A stretch of 64,000 nt of DNA, taken from the NCBI GenBank assembly GCA_963708135.1, contig OY970192.1, forward strand, positions 4,736,001 to 4,800,000. Direction: 5' to 3'. Shown one piece after another: positions 56,101-64,000 of the stretch. The notes beneath the pieces are model-generated. The model had not been told where the DNA came from, ran no database searches, and saw only the letters and a program-made list of their open reading frames with translations. Origin of the DNA: an uncultured Gemmatimonadales bacterium (GTDB lineage: Bacteria > Gemmatimonadota > Gemmatimonadetes > Longimicrobiales > RSA9). The stretch's first letter is position 1. The number at the start of each line of letters is the position of its first letter. Both the position numbers and the translations under genes were made by a program.

Positions 56101-59100
56101 TATGCCGGCGGACCACAGCAGCGGCTGCGCGCCGCGGTTGCGGTCTACTTCCTCCGGGCTCGCGCGGAGATCCCGGTGGGGAAAGAGCAGGCAGCCGGCG
56201 AGCTCCTGAAAGATGGCGGCGTCGGCGGGCGTCAGGTCCCGCTCGCGCAGCTCCACCTGTTGGGACGCCCATGCCAGGTCCAGGGCGCGCTGCGCCGTAT
56301 GCGGATCGTGATACCGGTCGGCCAGGCGGAATGCGTCCTCGCGCGTGGCGGCGACCAGCGTCGTGAAGGTGACCGTGGCCGAGTCTCCGGGGGCGAGTCG
56401 GAGCCGCGTCCGCAGCGCGAAGATCGGGTCGAGCACGGCACCGGTGGTGCCGGAGAGCGGACCGGCACCGTCGAGGGCTGCGGGTGCGCGGGTGGTCCGG
56501 CCGCGGCCGATGAAGCGGGCGCGGTCCGTCTCGCAGGAAACGGGGCCGACCCGGCCGGTGCCGGCGTCCATCACGTGCACGCACCAGAGGGACGGCTCCG
56601 CCGCGGAACGCGGGCGCCGCGTGGCGGTGAGGGCCGAACACCACTCGTGCCATTCCGTCTCGACGAACAGGTTGGCGAAGGCCGGGTGCGCCCGATCGGC
56701 CTCCGCCGGACCGAGCACCACCTCGCCGTAGCTCGTGAGCTCGACCTCCCGCGGGGAATGGGCATGATTCGTGACCGTCACGCAGCGCACCTCGGCGGCG
56801 TCGTCGGGCACCACGGTGATCTCGGTGCGCGTCTCGATGTCTCCATCGGCGCGGTTGAACGTCACGCGGTCGCTGGCGAGCAGCGCCCGGTACGCATCGG
56901 CTGGAGCGCACACCGGCTGGTGGGCCGTCGACCACACCCGGTCGCTGGTGACATCCCTCACGTAGCAGAACTGGCCCATGGCGTCCGTGGTGCCGTCAGC
57001 GCGCCAGCGGGTGACCGCCATGTCCTCGTACCGGGAGAACCCGGACCCCGTGTGCGTCACCATCACGGTGTAGGGCTGACGGCCGAGCAGCGCGACGTGC
57101 GGCCGCGGGGTGTCGGGCCGCGTGAGCTCGCGCACGGCCTGATTCTCGTCCTCCGGGCGTGAAAGCGCCCCGGCGGCGCCCGCCGGCCTGGCGGGGTGCA
57201 GCACGATGCGGCGCGGGATCCGCTCCTGGAGCAGGAGCTCGGCCGACTGCACGAGGGGATCGGAGTGGAACCGTCGTTGCCACACGTCATCGGTGAGCAC
57301 GTTCGTCAGTGCGACGAGGCTCATGCCGATGTGGTGGGCCATGTAGTTGCGGACCACGGCGTGATCCTCGCCTGGCTCCGGCCGGGCGTAGTCGATGGCG
57401 TCGCGGAAGCCATAGGGCCCGAGGGCCTCCATTCCGGCGAGCACGGAGAGGTTCTCCAGCGCGCGATCCGGCTCCACCAGCAGGGCCAGTGCGGAGGCGT
57501 ACGGAGCGATCACGAGGTCACGGCCGAGCCCGCGCTTGAGGCCCAGGTCCGGCACGCCGAACGCCCGGTACTGATAGGTGAGCTGATGATCGCGCAGGTT
57601 GTACGCGCTCTCGCTCACTCCCCAGGGGACGCCGCGCCGGGCGCCGTAGGCGATCTGCCGCCGGACCGCACCGCGGTAGGTCTGGTCGAGGAGCGTGGAC
57701 GGATAGGAGCGCATGACAAGCGCCGGCATCAGGTACTCGAACATGCTGCCGCTCCAGGAGACGAGCGCGGTGGCGCCCGACGCGTGGGTCAGCGAGCGAC
57801 CGAGCCGGAACCAGTGGTCGAGCGGCACGTCGTTCTTCGCGACCGCGACAAAGCTCGCGACGCGCGACTCCGAGGCGAGCAGGTCGTAATGCGACACATC
57901 CAGCGACTGGCTGGCGAGCTGATAGCCGATGGAGAAGAGCTCGCGATCCCCGTCGAAGAGGAAGCGGAAGTCCATCTCGGCGACGTAATCGCCGGCGCGG
58001 TCGGCCAGCGCGTCCAGCCGGGCGGGCAGCTCGGGACCGGCCGCCCCCTCGTCTCCGGGCCTGGGGCGGGCATCCAGACAGGCCTGCCGCACGGCGAGCA
58101 GGTGGCCCGCGAGGTTGCCGCTGTCCACCGTGGAGATGTAGGCCGGCTCGAGGACGCTCAGGTCGTGCAGGTCGTACCAGTTGAAGAAGTGCCCGCGGAA
58201 GCGCCGCATGCGCTCCAGGGAACGGAACACGCGCTCCAGTCGCCGCGTCATCTCCTCGGTGGTGATGAAGCCGAGGTCGCGGGCGCTCCCGATCGCGAGC
58301 AACTGAAGGCCGATGTTCGTCGGCGACGTGCGCATGGCGACGGCGGCGCCGGGCTCTTCCTGCACGTTGTCCGGCACCAGCCACTGCGTGCCGGCAGCGA
58401 CGAAGTCGTCGAAATAGCGCCAGTGCCGCCGCGCGAGGTCCCTGGCCGTGGCGGCCTGTGGCGCCGTGAGCTGTCGGCGCCGTGGCACGGCCGGGCGGCC
58501 GAGGGCATGGGCGATGGCGGGCGACGCGGCCCACAGCAGGGCTAGGACACCGATGGCCAGCACATCGGGCCACCAGAGGACCCCCGCGCCCGGGCCTGCC
58601 GACCGGGCGATCGCGATCAGTGCGACGGCCACCCCGGCGATTGCCGCCGGCGACATCGCCCGCCACACGAGGGCCCGGCCCGTACGCGGGTCTCGTTCCG
58701 CGGTCGATGCGGTCTGCCACTCGAGCAGGTTCCGCCTCGTGACACCGAGGCGCCAGAGGGTGCGGATGATCGCATCGGCCGACACCCACGCCTGGTGGGG
58801 CAGGAAGGCGATGGCCAGCAGGAGCTGCCGCACGGCCGTGCGCGCGTCGCGGGCGACGGATGCGTAGTACGCGCGCCACGAGCGGTCGAGCGGCGGGCGC
58901 AGCGCGGCGAGCAGGACCGAGACGATCCAGGGCGCGCCGACAATGGTCAGTGCCAGCGCGGTCCAGCGGAGCGCCGAGCCCGGTAGCAGCACCCAGCCGG
59001 CGAAGAGAAAGAGCACCAGCCCGATCTCCACCGTGCTGCGCCGCAGGTTGTCGAAGATCTTCCAGCGCGAGAGGAGCGACAGCCGGTTGGCCTCCGGCCC

Positions 59101-61500
59101 CTCGGGCCCCGGCACCCGCGGCGACAGCCACCGGAGCAGCTGCCAGTCGCCCCGTATCCAGCGATGCTTCCGCCGGGTGAACGTGAGGTAGCGCGCGGGA
59201 TAGTCGTCGTAGACCATGATGTTGGTGACGAGCCCCGCGCGGGCGTAGCTGCCCTCGATCAGGTCGTGCGACAGCAGCGTGTTCTCGGGGAACCGGCCGC
59301 GCATCGCCCGCTCGAAGACCTCCACATCGTAGATGCCCTTCCCCGTGAAGCTGCCCTCGCCGAACAGGTCCTGGTACACGTCGGAGGTGGCGCTCGTGTA
59401 CGGGTCCACGCCCGGATGCCCGGAGTGGATGGACGAGAAATGGGTCCGGTACGCGCTGGGCAGCGTAACCCCCACGCGCGGCTGGAGGATGCCGTAGCCG
59501 CGCACCACACGGCTCCGACCCGGGTCGTACACGGCGCGATTGAGCGGGTGCGCCAGCGTGCCGATGAGTGCCGCGGCACTGCCCGGTGGCAGCACGGTAT
59601 CCGCGTCCAGCGTGATCACATACCGGACAGAGCCCAGCGGCTCTACGTTGCCGGCAATGGTGGCGAACGCGCCCGCAGCTCCGTCGCGCAGGAAGTGATT
59701 GAACTCGGCCAGCTTGCCGCGCTTGCGCTCCCAGCCCATCCAGACGCCCTGGCGCGCGTTCCAGCGGCGGGGCCGATGAAAGAGCTGGAACGCATCCCGG
59801 TCAAGGGGCGCATAGCGGTCGTTGAGGTCGTGGACGCGCGCCACGGCCGCGGCGACGATGGCCGCATCGGTCTCGCGGGTCTGCTCCGCCGCGTCGGTGA
59901 AGTCGCTCAGGACGCAGAAATGCAGGTGCGCTCCCCGGTTGGCGAGGAACTGGACCTCGAGGTGATCGAACGCTTCGTCCACGGCCGCGATGCTGTCGAA
60001 CAGCGTAGGCACGACCACGGCGGTGCGGAGCTCCGCGGGCACGCCGTCGCAAGGGCCGAGGTCGAGCCTGGGGAGCGTGCGCGGCGGCAGCAGCACCGTG
60101 ACCAGCTGGTCGACGACGACGCTGGCGACGTGGCTCGCGGGGATGAGCGCGAGGATGAGGATCGGAATCCATGCGCCGCGGGCGGCGGGCCCGGCCAGCC
60201 ACAGCACGGCGGCGAGTGCCGCGACGAAGCCGGTGAGCACGCTTGCGGCGAACGCGGTGTCCGGGTGCCTCAGCACCCACCGGTGGAGTGCCTCGCGCGC
60301 CCGGGGCCGATACCCCGCGGCGGCCTCCAGCTCCCGGAGCCCGTCGTCCACGAGGAAGTAGCCGACGTGAGAGCGGACGTGGTCCGGCCCGTGGTCCTGC
60401 GCCGCGGCGCGGGCGAGGTCCACGGCCATCCGCGCCACGTCCTCCTCCGGTTGACGCGTCCGGCGCGCGACGCGCTCGACCACGTGGCGGTAATGGTCAC
60501 GCGTCCCGAACGCCATGCGGGCATGGTACCCCGCAGGGTCGGTGAGCAGAACGGCCTCCAGCACGCTGTGCCGCTCGACGAACATTCGCCAGTCCAGCTG
60601 TGCGATCGTGCGCAGGCTCGTGATGCTGTGGGCCATGATCACCTGCGTCAGGGCCAGGTGCTGCGCCGCCCGCGCCGACGCCACTTCGTCGGTCACCATC
60701 CGCTCGCTGATCCACTCCTCGATCTCGACGAGCGGGAGAATCGCGCCGCGGGTGAGACGCAGCTGGTGCAGGAAGCGCGCGATGAATACCGCCGTCAGCC
60801 GCGGCGGCGCCTGGACGAACGCATCCAGGGCCCCCCCCAGCTCGACCGCCCCCTGCTCGCTCGCGGTCTCGATGCGCAGGGCCCACGCGTCCGCCTCCTC
60901 GATCTCCCTCATCCGGCGCATGGTGCGCAGCGTCATGCGCCGTACGCTCTCGATCAGCCCGATCCGGAACATCGCGGGCAGCGCCCACAGTTCGCCGATC
61001 GTGAGGGGCGTGACCGATTGGTAGGCGGAGACGAAGAGGTCCAGGTTGTCAACGTCGATGCGCGCTTCGGAGTGGGAGATCAGCGCAATCGCGAGCTCGT
61101 ACACGCGCGGGTATCCGGCCAGCCGCCCGCTCGCCAGCTCGGGCAGCTCCCGGTAGTAGCCTCGCGGGAGCGCCTCGTGCACTTCCCGGACGTGCTCCTG
61201 CACTATGTGGAAGTTGTCCAGCAGCCATTCGCCGGCCGGGCCGACGTCGACATCCCGGGCCGCGCCCGCGGACAGGGCCGCGTGCGCGTCGTCCAGGATG
61301 CGTCGCGTGCGGGACAGGCGAAGGAGGAGGGCGGCCTCGCGGCGGGACCGCGGTGGCGGCTGCACGCGTTCGCGCCCGGCGACCTCGCGGGCCTTTTCGG
61401 CGAGTTGATCGGTGCCGAGAAGCGCACCGCGGATGGGGCCGGTCAGAAGCTCGTCCCGACCGGATTTCCGGGCCGGACGGACGAAGGCCTGAAGGCGCTG
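53161..61500 (-). CDS. ndvB: Cyclic beta-1,2-glucan synthase (Cgs/NdvB-like, glycosyltransferase plus GH94); start uncertain
   Basis: EWLLDN, GWERKRGKL, TLDADT, LSHDLIEG, RHRW-like KHRWIRGDWQ, YQSSGAYGFRDQLQD, GDWNDG and RENGAQYTH; homology (PIRGALL) extends upstream of GTG 61365. Confidence 0.9.
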   Translation of the reverse strand, partial: QRLQAFVRPARKSGRDELLTGPIRGALLGTDQLAEKAREVAGRERVQPPPRSRREAALLLRLSRTRRILDDAHAALSAGAARDVDVGPAGEWLLDNFHIVQEHVREVHEALPRGYYRELPELASGRLAGYPRVYELAIALISHSEARIDVDNLDLFVSAYQSVTPLTIGELWALPAMFRIGLIESVRRMTLRTMRRMREIEEADAWALRIETASEQGAVELGGALDAFVQAPPRLTAVFIARFLHQLRLTRGAILPLVEIEEWISERMVTDEVASARAAQHLALTQVIMAHSITSLRTIAQLDWRMFVERHSVLEAVLLTDPAGYHARMAFGTRDHYRHVVERVARRTRQPEEDVARMAVDLARAAAQDHGPDHVRSHVGYFLVDDGLRELEAAAGYRPRAREALHRWVLRHPDTAFAASVLTGFVAALAAVLWLAGPAARGAWIPILILALIPASHVASVVVDQLVTVLLPPRTLPRLDLGPCDGVPAELRTAVVVPTLFDSIAAVDEAFDHLEVQFLANRGAHLHFCVLSDFTDAAEQTRETDAAIVAAAVARVHDLNDRYAPLDRDAFQLFHRPRRWNARQGVWMGWERKRGKLAEFNHFLRDGAAGAFATIAGNVEPLGSVRYVITLDADTVLPPGSAAALIGTLAHPLNRAVYDPGRSRVVRGYGILQPRVGVTLPSAYRTHFSSIHSGHPGVDPYTSATSDVYQDLFGEGSFTGKGIYDVEVFERAMRGRFPENTLLSHDLIEGSYARAGLVTNIMVYDDYPARYLTFTRRKHRWIRGDWQLLRWLSPRVPGPEGPEANRLSLLSRWKIFDNLRRSTVEIGLVLFLFAGWVLLPGSALRWTALALTIVGAPWIVSVLLAALRPPLDRSWRAYYASVARDARTAVRQLLLAIAFLPHQAWVSADAIIRTLWRLGVTRRNLLEWQTASTAERDPRTGRALVWRAMSPAAIAGVAVALIAIARSAGPGAGVLWWPDVLAIGVLALLWAASPAIAHALGRPAVPRRRQLTAPQAATARDLARRHWRYFDDFVAAGTQWLVPDNVQEEPGAAVAMRTSPTNIGLQLLAIGSARDLGFITTEEMTRRLERVFRSLERMRRFRGHFFNWYDLHDLSVLEPAYISTVDSGNLAGHLLAVRQACLDARPRPGDEGAAGPELPARLDALADRAGDYVAEMDFRFLFDGDRELFSIGYQLASQSLDVSHYDLLASESRVASFVAVAKNDVPLDHWFRLGRSLTHASGATALVSWSGSMFEYLMPALVMRSYPSTLLDQTYRGAVRRQIAYGARRGVPWGVSESAYNLRDHQLTYQYRAFGVPDLGLKRGLGRDLVIAPYASALALLVEPDRALENLSVLAGMEALGPYGFRDAIDYARPEPGEDHAVVRNYMAHHIGMSLVALTNVLTDDVWQRRFHSDPLVQSAELLLQERIPRRIVLHPARPAGAAGALSRPEDENQAVRELTRPDTPRPHVALLGRQPYTVMVTHTGSGFSRYEDMAVTRWRADGTTDAMGQFCYVRDVTSDRVWSTAHQPVCAPADAYRALLASDRVTFNRADGDIETRTEITVVPDDAAEVRCVTVTNHAHSPREVELTSYGEVVLGPAEADRAHPAFANLFVETEWHEWCSALTATRRPRSAAEPSLWCVHVMDAGTGRVGPVSCETDRARFIGRGRTTRAPAALDGAGPLSGTTGAVLDPIFALRTRLRLAPGDSATVTFTTLVAATREDAFRLADRYHDPHTAQRALDLAWASQQVELRERDLTPADAAIFQELAGCLLFPHRDLRASPEEVDRNRGAQPLLWSAGISGDRRIVLATIDGVDGLPTLRQVGAAHQFWRRRGLVVDLVILFAQPASYRQELQDRIMETLFAIGGTAMDRPGGAFLRNVESLDAETLLMLRATARLVLPCDGRSLTHLEDLLMEPATGQPDTAPSAPAPRILERQATPLSALERWTHARRPVRPPADRPARKAALDGRRAGLGFDNGTGGLDANGDYVIRVAGDALPPAPWVNVVAHGRGGFIVSERGAGCTWADSSYFFRLTPWHNDPVSDPISDVLYLRDEASGDLWSATPAPLGHETEYTVRHGAGISVFEAERNRIATRLTLTMAADEPVRLSMLRVTNRDAVERRIRLTAYVEWTLGAQRERTQHHVRTTFEPGLGAVLARNHFDPHFHGRVAFCALSEPVTGHTGDRREFLGRNGSVQGPAALGGRDLSGTTGTGLDPCAALQCVLVLAPGESRDVVVALGAGGTDADARQLASLFRSIDAATAAAGRTVEQWRQRLSVITVRTPEAAFDALLNRWLPYQTLSCRLWARSALYQSSGAYGFRDQLQDVLAVVHAEPALAREHILRAAARQFLEGDVQHWWHPHTGAGVRSRFSDDLAWLPWVVDEYVTRTGDGSVLDEYVPFLTMRPLEPGEDEIYDVPGISDEHGSVYEHCLRALRRASTSGPHGLPLIGTGDWNDGMNRVGVEGRGESVWLAWFLIASLRSFAVRAAGRGDEEVAGELRRRADAYASAVETHGWDGDWYLRAFFDDGTPLGSSRSDECRIDSIAQSWSVISGAGAPERQARAMRALEEHLVDEDARLIRLLAPPFDKSPRDPGYIKGYLPGVRENGAQYTHAAAWAVLATARSGEGGRAFELFQMLNPLLHTRTPEEVATYKVEPYVIAADVYTAPGHVGRGGWTWYTGAAGWMYRVGLEAILGFDRRGNVLRIEPRVPAAWPELTIDYRFGSARYTIVVEEPGRFAADTRAEVTLDGRVLDGPDIPLVDDGMDHQVLVRLPAPGSRTAA

Positions 61501-61787
61501 GAACCCTATTGCTGAATCGTCATGGAGCGCATCGTCCTTTGGCGAAGGCTGAGGCGACCGTGCTGGCCGAAAGAAGACTACCCCGCTGGCGTGGGGGGGT
61601 TACGCTGTCGCCGCGGTCGCTCATGACGGGCCCGTCGTGCTCGCGTCGCGCCGGTCCTCCTCGTCCGTCACCTTCTCCAGCCCGTCCACCACCTTGTCCG
61701 GCGGTCTTGCATCGAACGCATCGCGGCCCCATGGTCCACCATTCCCCCGCGCCGCTCGGCGGCGCCCCACCCTTACAAGGATGTCCG

Positions 61788-63182
61788 ATGCGTCGATCGT
61801 CCTTCGTCCTGGCAGCGCTCGCCTCCCTGGCCGGCGCAAGCGTGCTCTGCGCGCAGGACCCCGGGAGCTCCGTGGTGCCCTTCAACAAGAAGGCCGGTGG
61901 CAGCAAATCCGTCACCATGGTTGCGCACGTCGTCACCCACCCCGGCGCCTGGAAGCTCTCGGACGTCGAGATGGAGCAGGACCGCGGGCGGCCGTACGTC
62001 TACGCGTCCGGCTTCACGAACTTCGACTTCCAGGTCTACGACGTGAGGGACCCGTCGCACCCGAAGAAGGTCTACGACTGGACGATTCCGAATGCCGAGC
62101 TGCACCGCGGCATCGGGGCGATGGACGGGAAGTACTTCAAGATCGGGGACCGGTACTACTACGCGCAGTCGTACCAGTTCATGCAGGGCAGCCCCGATGC
62201 GGACCTGGGGGCGGTGATCTTCGATGTGACCGGGCTGCCGGATGCGTCGAAGGTGAAGAAGGTCGCCGAGATCCGGTATCCGCAGGCGCCGGGCGGGTTC
62301 CACAACACCTTCGCCTACAAGCACTCCGACGGCCACGTGTACTACATCACGACGGCCAACGAGGGTGACGCGCTGGTGTGGGACGCCGACAAGATCGTGA
62401 GCGGCGCGCCCGAGAGCGAGTGGCTCGCCGGCAAGATTCCGAATCCCACCCCGTTCAGGCAGATGGGCACCGGCAGCTACCACGACTTCTACGTGGGCTA
62501 CGAGCCGGCTTCGCACGAGGACAAGTTCTACGGCGCCGGCCTGGGCGGCTATTCGGTGTGGAACATCACCGACGTCAAGGACCCGAAGCAGCTGTTCACC
62601 ATCACGGGCCTCGGCCTCGACATCGCGCACACGTTCACGCCGTCGCCCGACGGACACTACGCCGTGACGGAGACGGAGTACGAGTACACGCCGCTGCGCA
62701 TCTGGGATCTCGAGCCCGGGCAGAGCGGCAAGACCAAGAACATCGACGTGCCGATCGCCGGCTGGGCCGCCGACTGGCGGGATCTGGCGCACAACCACGA
62801 AGTCCGGTGGCCCTACGTGTTCGTGTCGGCGTACGAGGATGGATTCCAGGTGTTCGACCTCAAGAATCCGCGCGAGCCGCATACCGACGGCTGGTACTTC
62901 ACGTGTAACGTCCATTGCGAGCACATGCACGGCTTCGGCGGCACGCCGAACAACGGCTACGAGAGCACGGTCAGCGTCGAGCAGGGCGCCTTCGGCGTCA
63001 ATGTGCGCAACTACGACGGGCTGATCGCGCTGTCCGACATGCGCTCGGGGCTCTGGCTCTTCCACCTCCAGGGCTTCGACGGGTGGAATGGAGCGAAGGA
63101 GGGCGTGGCGAACATCTCCAGCGTCCAGGACTTCGACCACGGGCCGGCGGCCGCGGCGACCCGGAGCGCCGGGCAGAACTGA
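61788..63182 (+). CDS. Secreted LVIVD-repeat beta-propeller protein
   Basis: Signal peptide; repeated F/Y.V.D/N...P..P units; HN/HD/HT His motifs. Confidence 0.8.
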   Translation: MRRSSFVLAALASLAGASVLCAQDPGSSVVPFNKKAGGSKSVTMVAHVVTHPGAWKLSDVEMEQDRGRPYVYASGFTNFDFQVYDVRDPSHPKKVYDWTIPNAELHRGIGAMDGKYFKIGDRYYYAQSYQFMQGSPDADLGAVIFDVTGLPDASKVKKVAEIRYPQAPGGFHNTFAYKHSDGHVYYITTANEGDALVWDADKIVSGAPESEWLAGKIPNPTPFRQMGTGSYHDFYVGYEPASHEDKFYGAGLGGYSVWNITDVKDPKQLFTITGLGLDIAHTFTPSPDGHYAVTETEYEYTPLRIWDLEPGQSGKTKNIDVPIAGWAADWRDLAHNHEVRWPYVFVSAYEDGFQVFDLKNPREPHTDGWYFTCNVHCEHMHGFGGTPNNGYESTVSVEQGAFGVNVRNYDGLIALSDMRSGLWLFHLQGFDGWNGAKEGVANISSVQDFDHGPAAAATRSAGQN

Positions 63183-63184
63183 TC

Positions 63185-63745
63185 GTGGAGCGAGGAGGAC
63201 GTGCGGCCGGCACACACCGTGGCGTGACGCCGCGTGTGCCGGCCGCGCTTGGACGGGTGGCGGCGACGCTCGCGCTGATGGGGCTTCCGGCCGCCCTGCA
63301 CGCCCAGGCCCCGGGCCACCGCGAGGGGCCGTACGACATCCCGCTGTTCAACACGCCGCGGACCGCCGGGGCGTCGGGAGCGGCGCGCCTGGTCTACGCG
63401 TCCTCTCCCTTCGGCGTGGCGGTCACCGTGGACGGGATCGACCGCTACGACGTCCGCACGACCATCCAGGGGTTGCCCGCTCCCGCGTCACTGGGACCGT
63501 ACAGGGCCTACGTGGCCTGGGCGGTGACCACCGACCTCTCGAAGTGGGACCGCCTGGGCGCGGTGCAGAACGGCACGACCGTCGTCGGCACCACCGCGAT
63601 GAACAAGTTTCTGCTGGTCGTCACGGCCGAAGCCAACCCGACCGTCGCCGTGCACGCTGGGCCGACCGTGCTGCACGGCACATCGCCGAGCGGCTGGCTG
63701 GAGAACTTCCTGACGCACGACGCGTTCTTCCGTGGGGTCTATTAG
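63185..63745 (+). CDS. Secreted hypothetical protein
   Basis: Signal-like ALHAQ; operonic spacing; start codon uncertain. Confidence 0.65.
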   Translation: MERGGRAAGTHRGVTPRVPAALGRVAATLALMGLPAALHAQAPGHREGPYDIPLFNTPRTAGASGAARLVYASSPFGVAVTVDGIDRYDVRTTIQGLPAPASLGPYRAYVAWAVTTDLSKWDRLGAVQNGTTVVGTTAMNKFLLVVTAEANPTVAVHAGPTVLHGTSPSGWLENFLTHDAFFRGVY

Positions 63746-63748
63746 CCG

Positions 63749-64000
63749 ATGAAGATGTCGCTGGTCCTGGCGCTAGCGCTGGCCCTCGCGGTGCGGGCGG
63801 CGCCCGCGGTGGCGCAGCAGCCGCCGCACAAGCCGCCGCCGGCCGCGGACAGCAGCGCGGGCCGGAGCCCGATGCCATCCGACAGCGGCATGGCGGGCAT
63901 GGAGATGGGCGGTCACGCCGACATGGGGATGCCCATCCCGATGCCGAAGGGCATGCCAATGTTCGGTGCGCTCAGGGGGCTCACACCGCCCATCACGCCC
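63749..64000 (+). CDS. Secreted Met-rich protein, partial (possibly a multicopper oxidase N-terminus)
   Basis: MKMSLVLALALALAVRAAPAVAQ followed by GMAGMEMGGHADMGMPIPMPKGMPM; runs off the window. Confidence 0.5.
   Translation, partial: MKMSLVLALALALAVRAAPAVAQQPPHKPPPAADSSAGRSPMPSDSGMAGMEMGGHADMGMPIPMPKGMPMFGALRGLTPPITP

Noticed and set aside
1..64000. CRISPR array, tRNA or rRNA genes
   Set aside because: No regularly spaced repeats or recognisable structural RNA seen by eye, and no cas genes.

Overview
High-GC bacterial chromosome segment; the gene content (mqnD, LVIVD and Ig-like secreted proteins, a cyclic glucan synthase) suggests a Gemmatimonadota-like host, which is inference only. The left flank holds the end of a lasso-peptide cluster (cyclase plus a 46-aa precursor missed by the ORF track), mqnD and queG. 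A ~39.4-kb genomic island (4207-43592) is inserted inside queG at a CCAGGA core, probably by the large serine recombinase at its left end. The island supplies a replacement queG 3' end, and the displaced native 3' end lies at 43587-44028. It carries (i) the serine recombinase and a ClpX-like ATPase lacking the IGF loop; (ii) a tyrosine integrase/xis/ExoVII/helicase/hairpin/KfrA-like module with an intact IS4 element; (iii) a 16-gene, tightly coupled candidate defence operon (18168-40968) with two HsdM/HsdS-like pairs, an RNase H-fold protein, two Ser/Thr kinases, an EVE-domain reader, a large P-loop ATPase, NurA-like/HerA and a PD-(D/E)xK-like nuclease, but no HsdR; and (iv) a dynamin-like GTPase. 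Two paralogous genes of the operon are each broken by a +1 frameshift at the same 15-nt motif, CTGGCATTCTGACGC. The right flank has small enzymes, secreted and lipoproteins, a 5'-3' exonuclease, cyclic beta-1,2-glucan synthase and an LVIVD-repeat protein. All family calls come from motifs read by eye; no database search was run.
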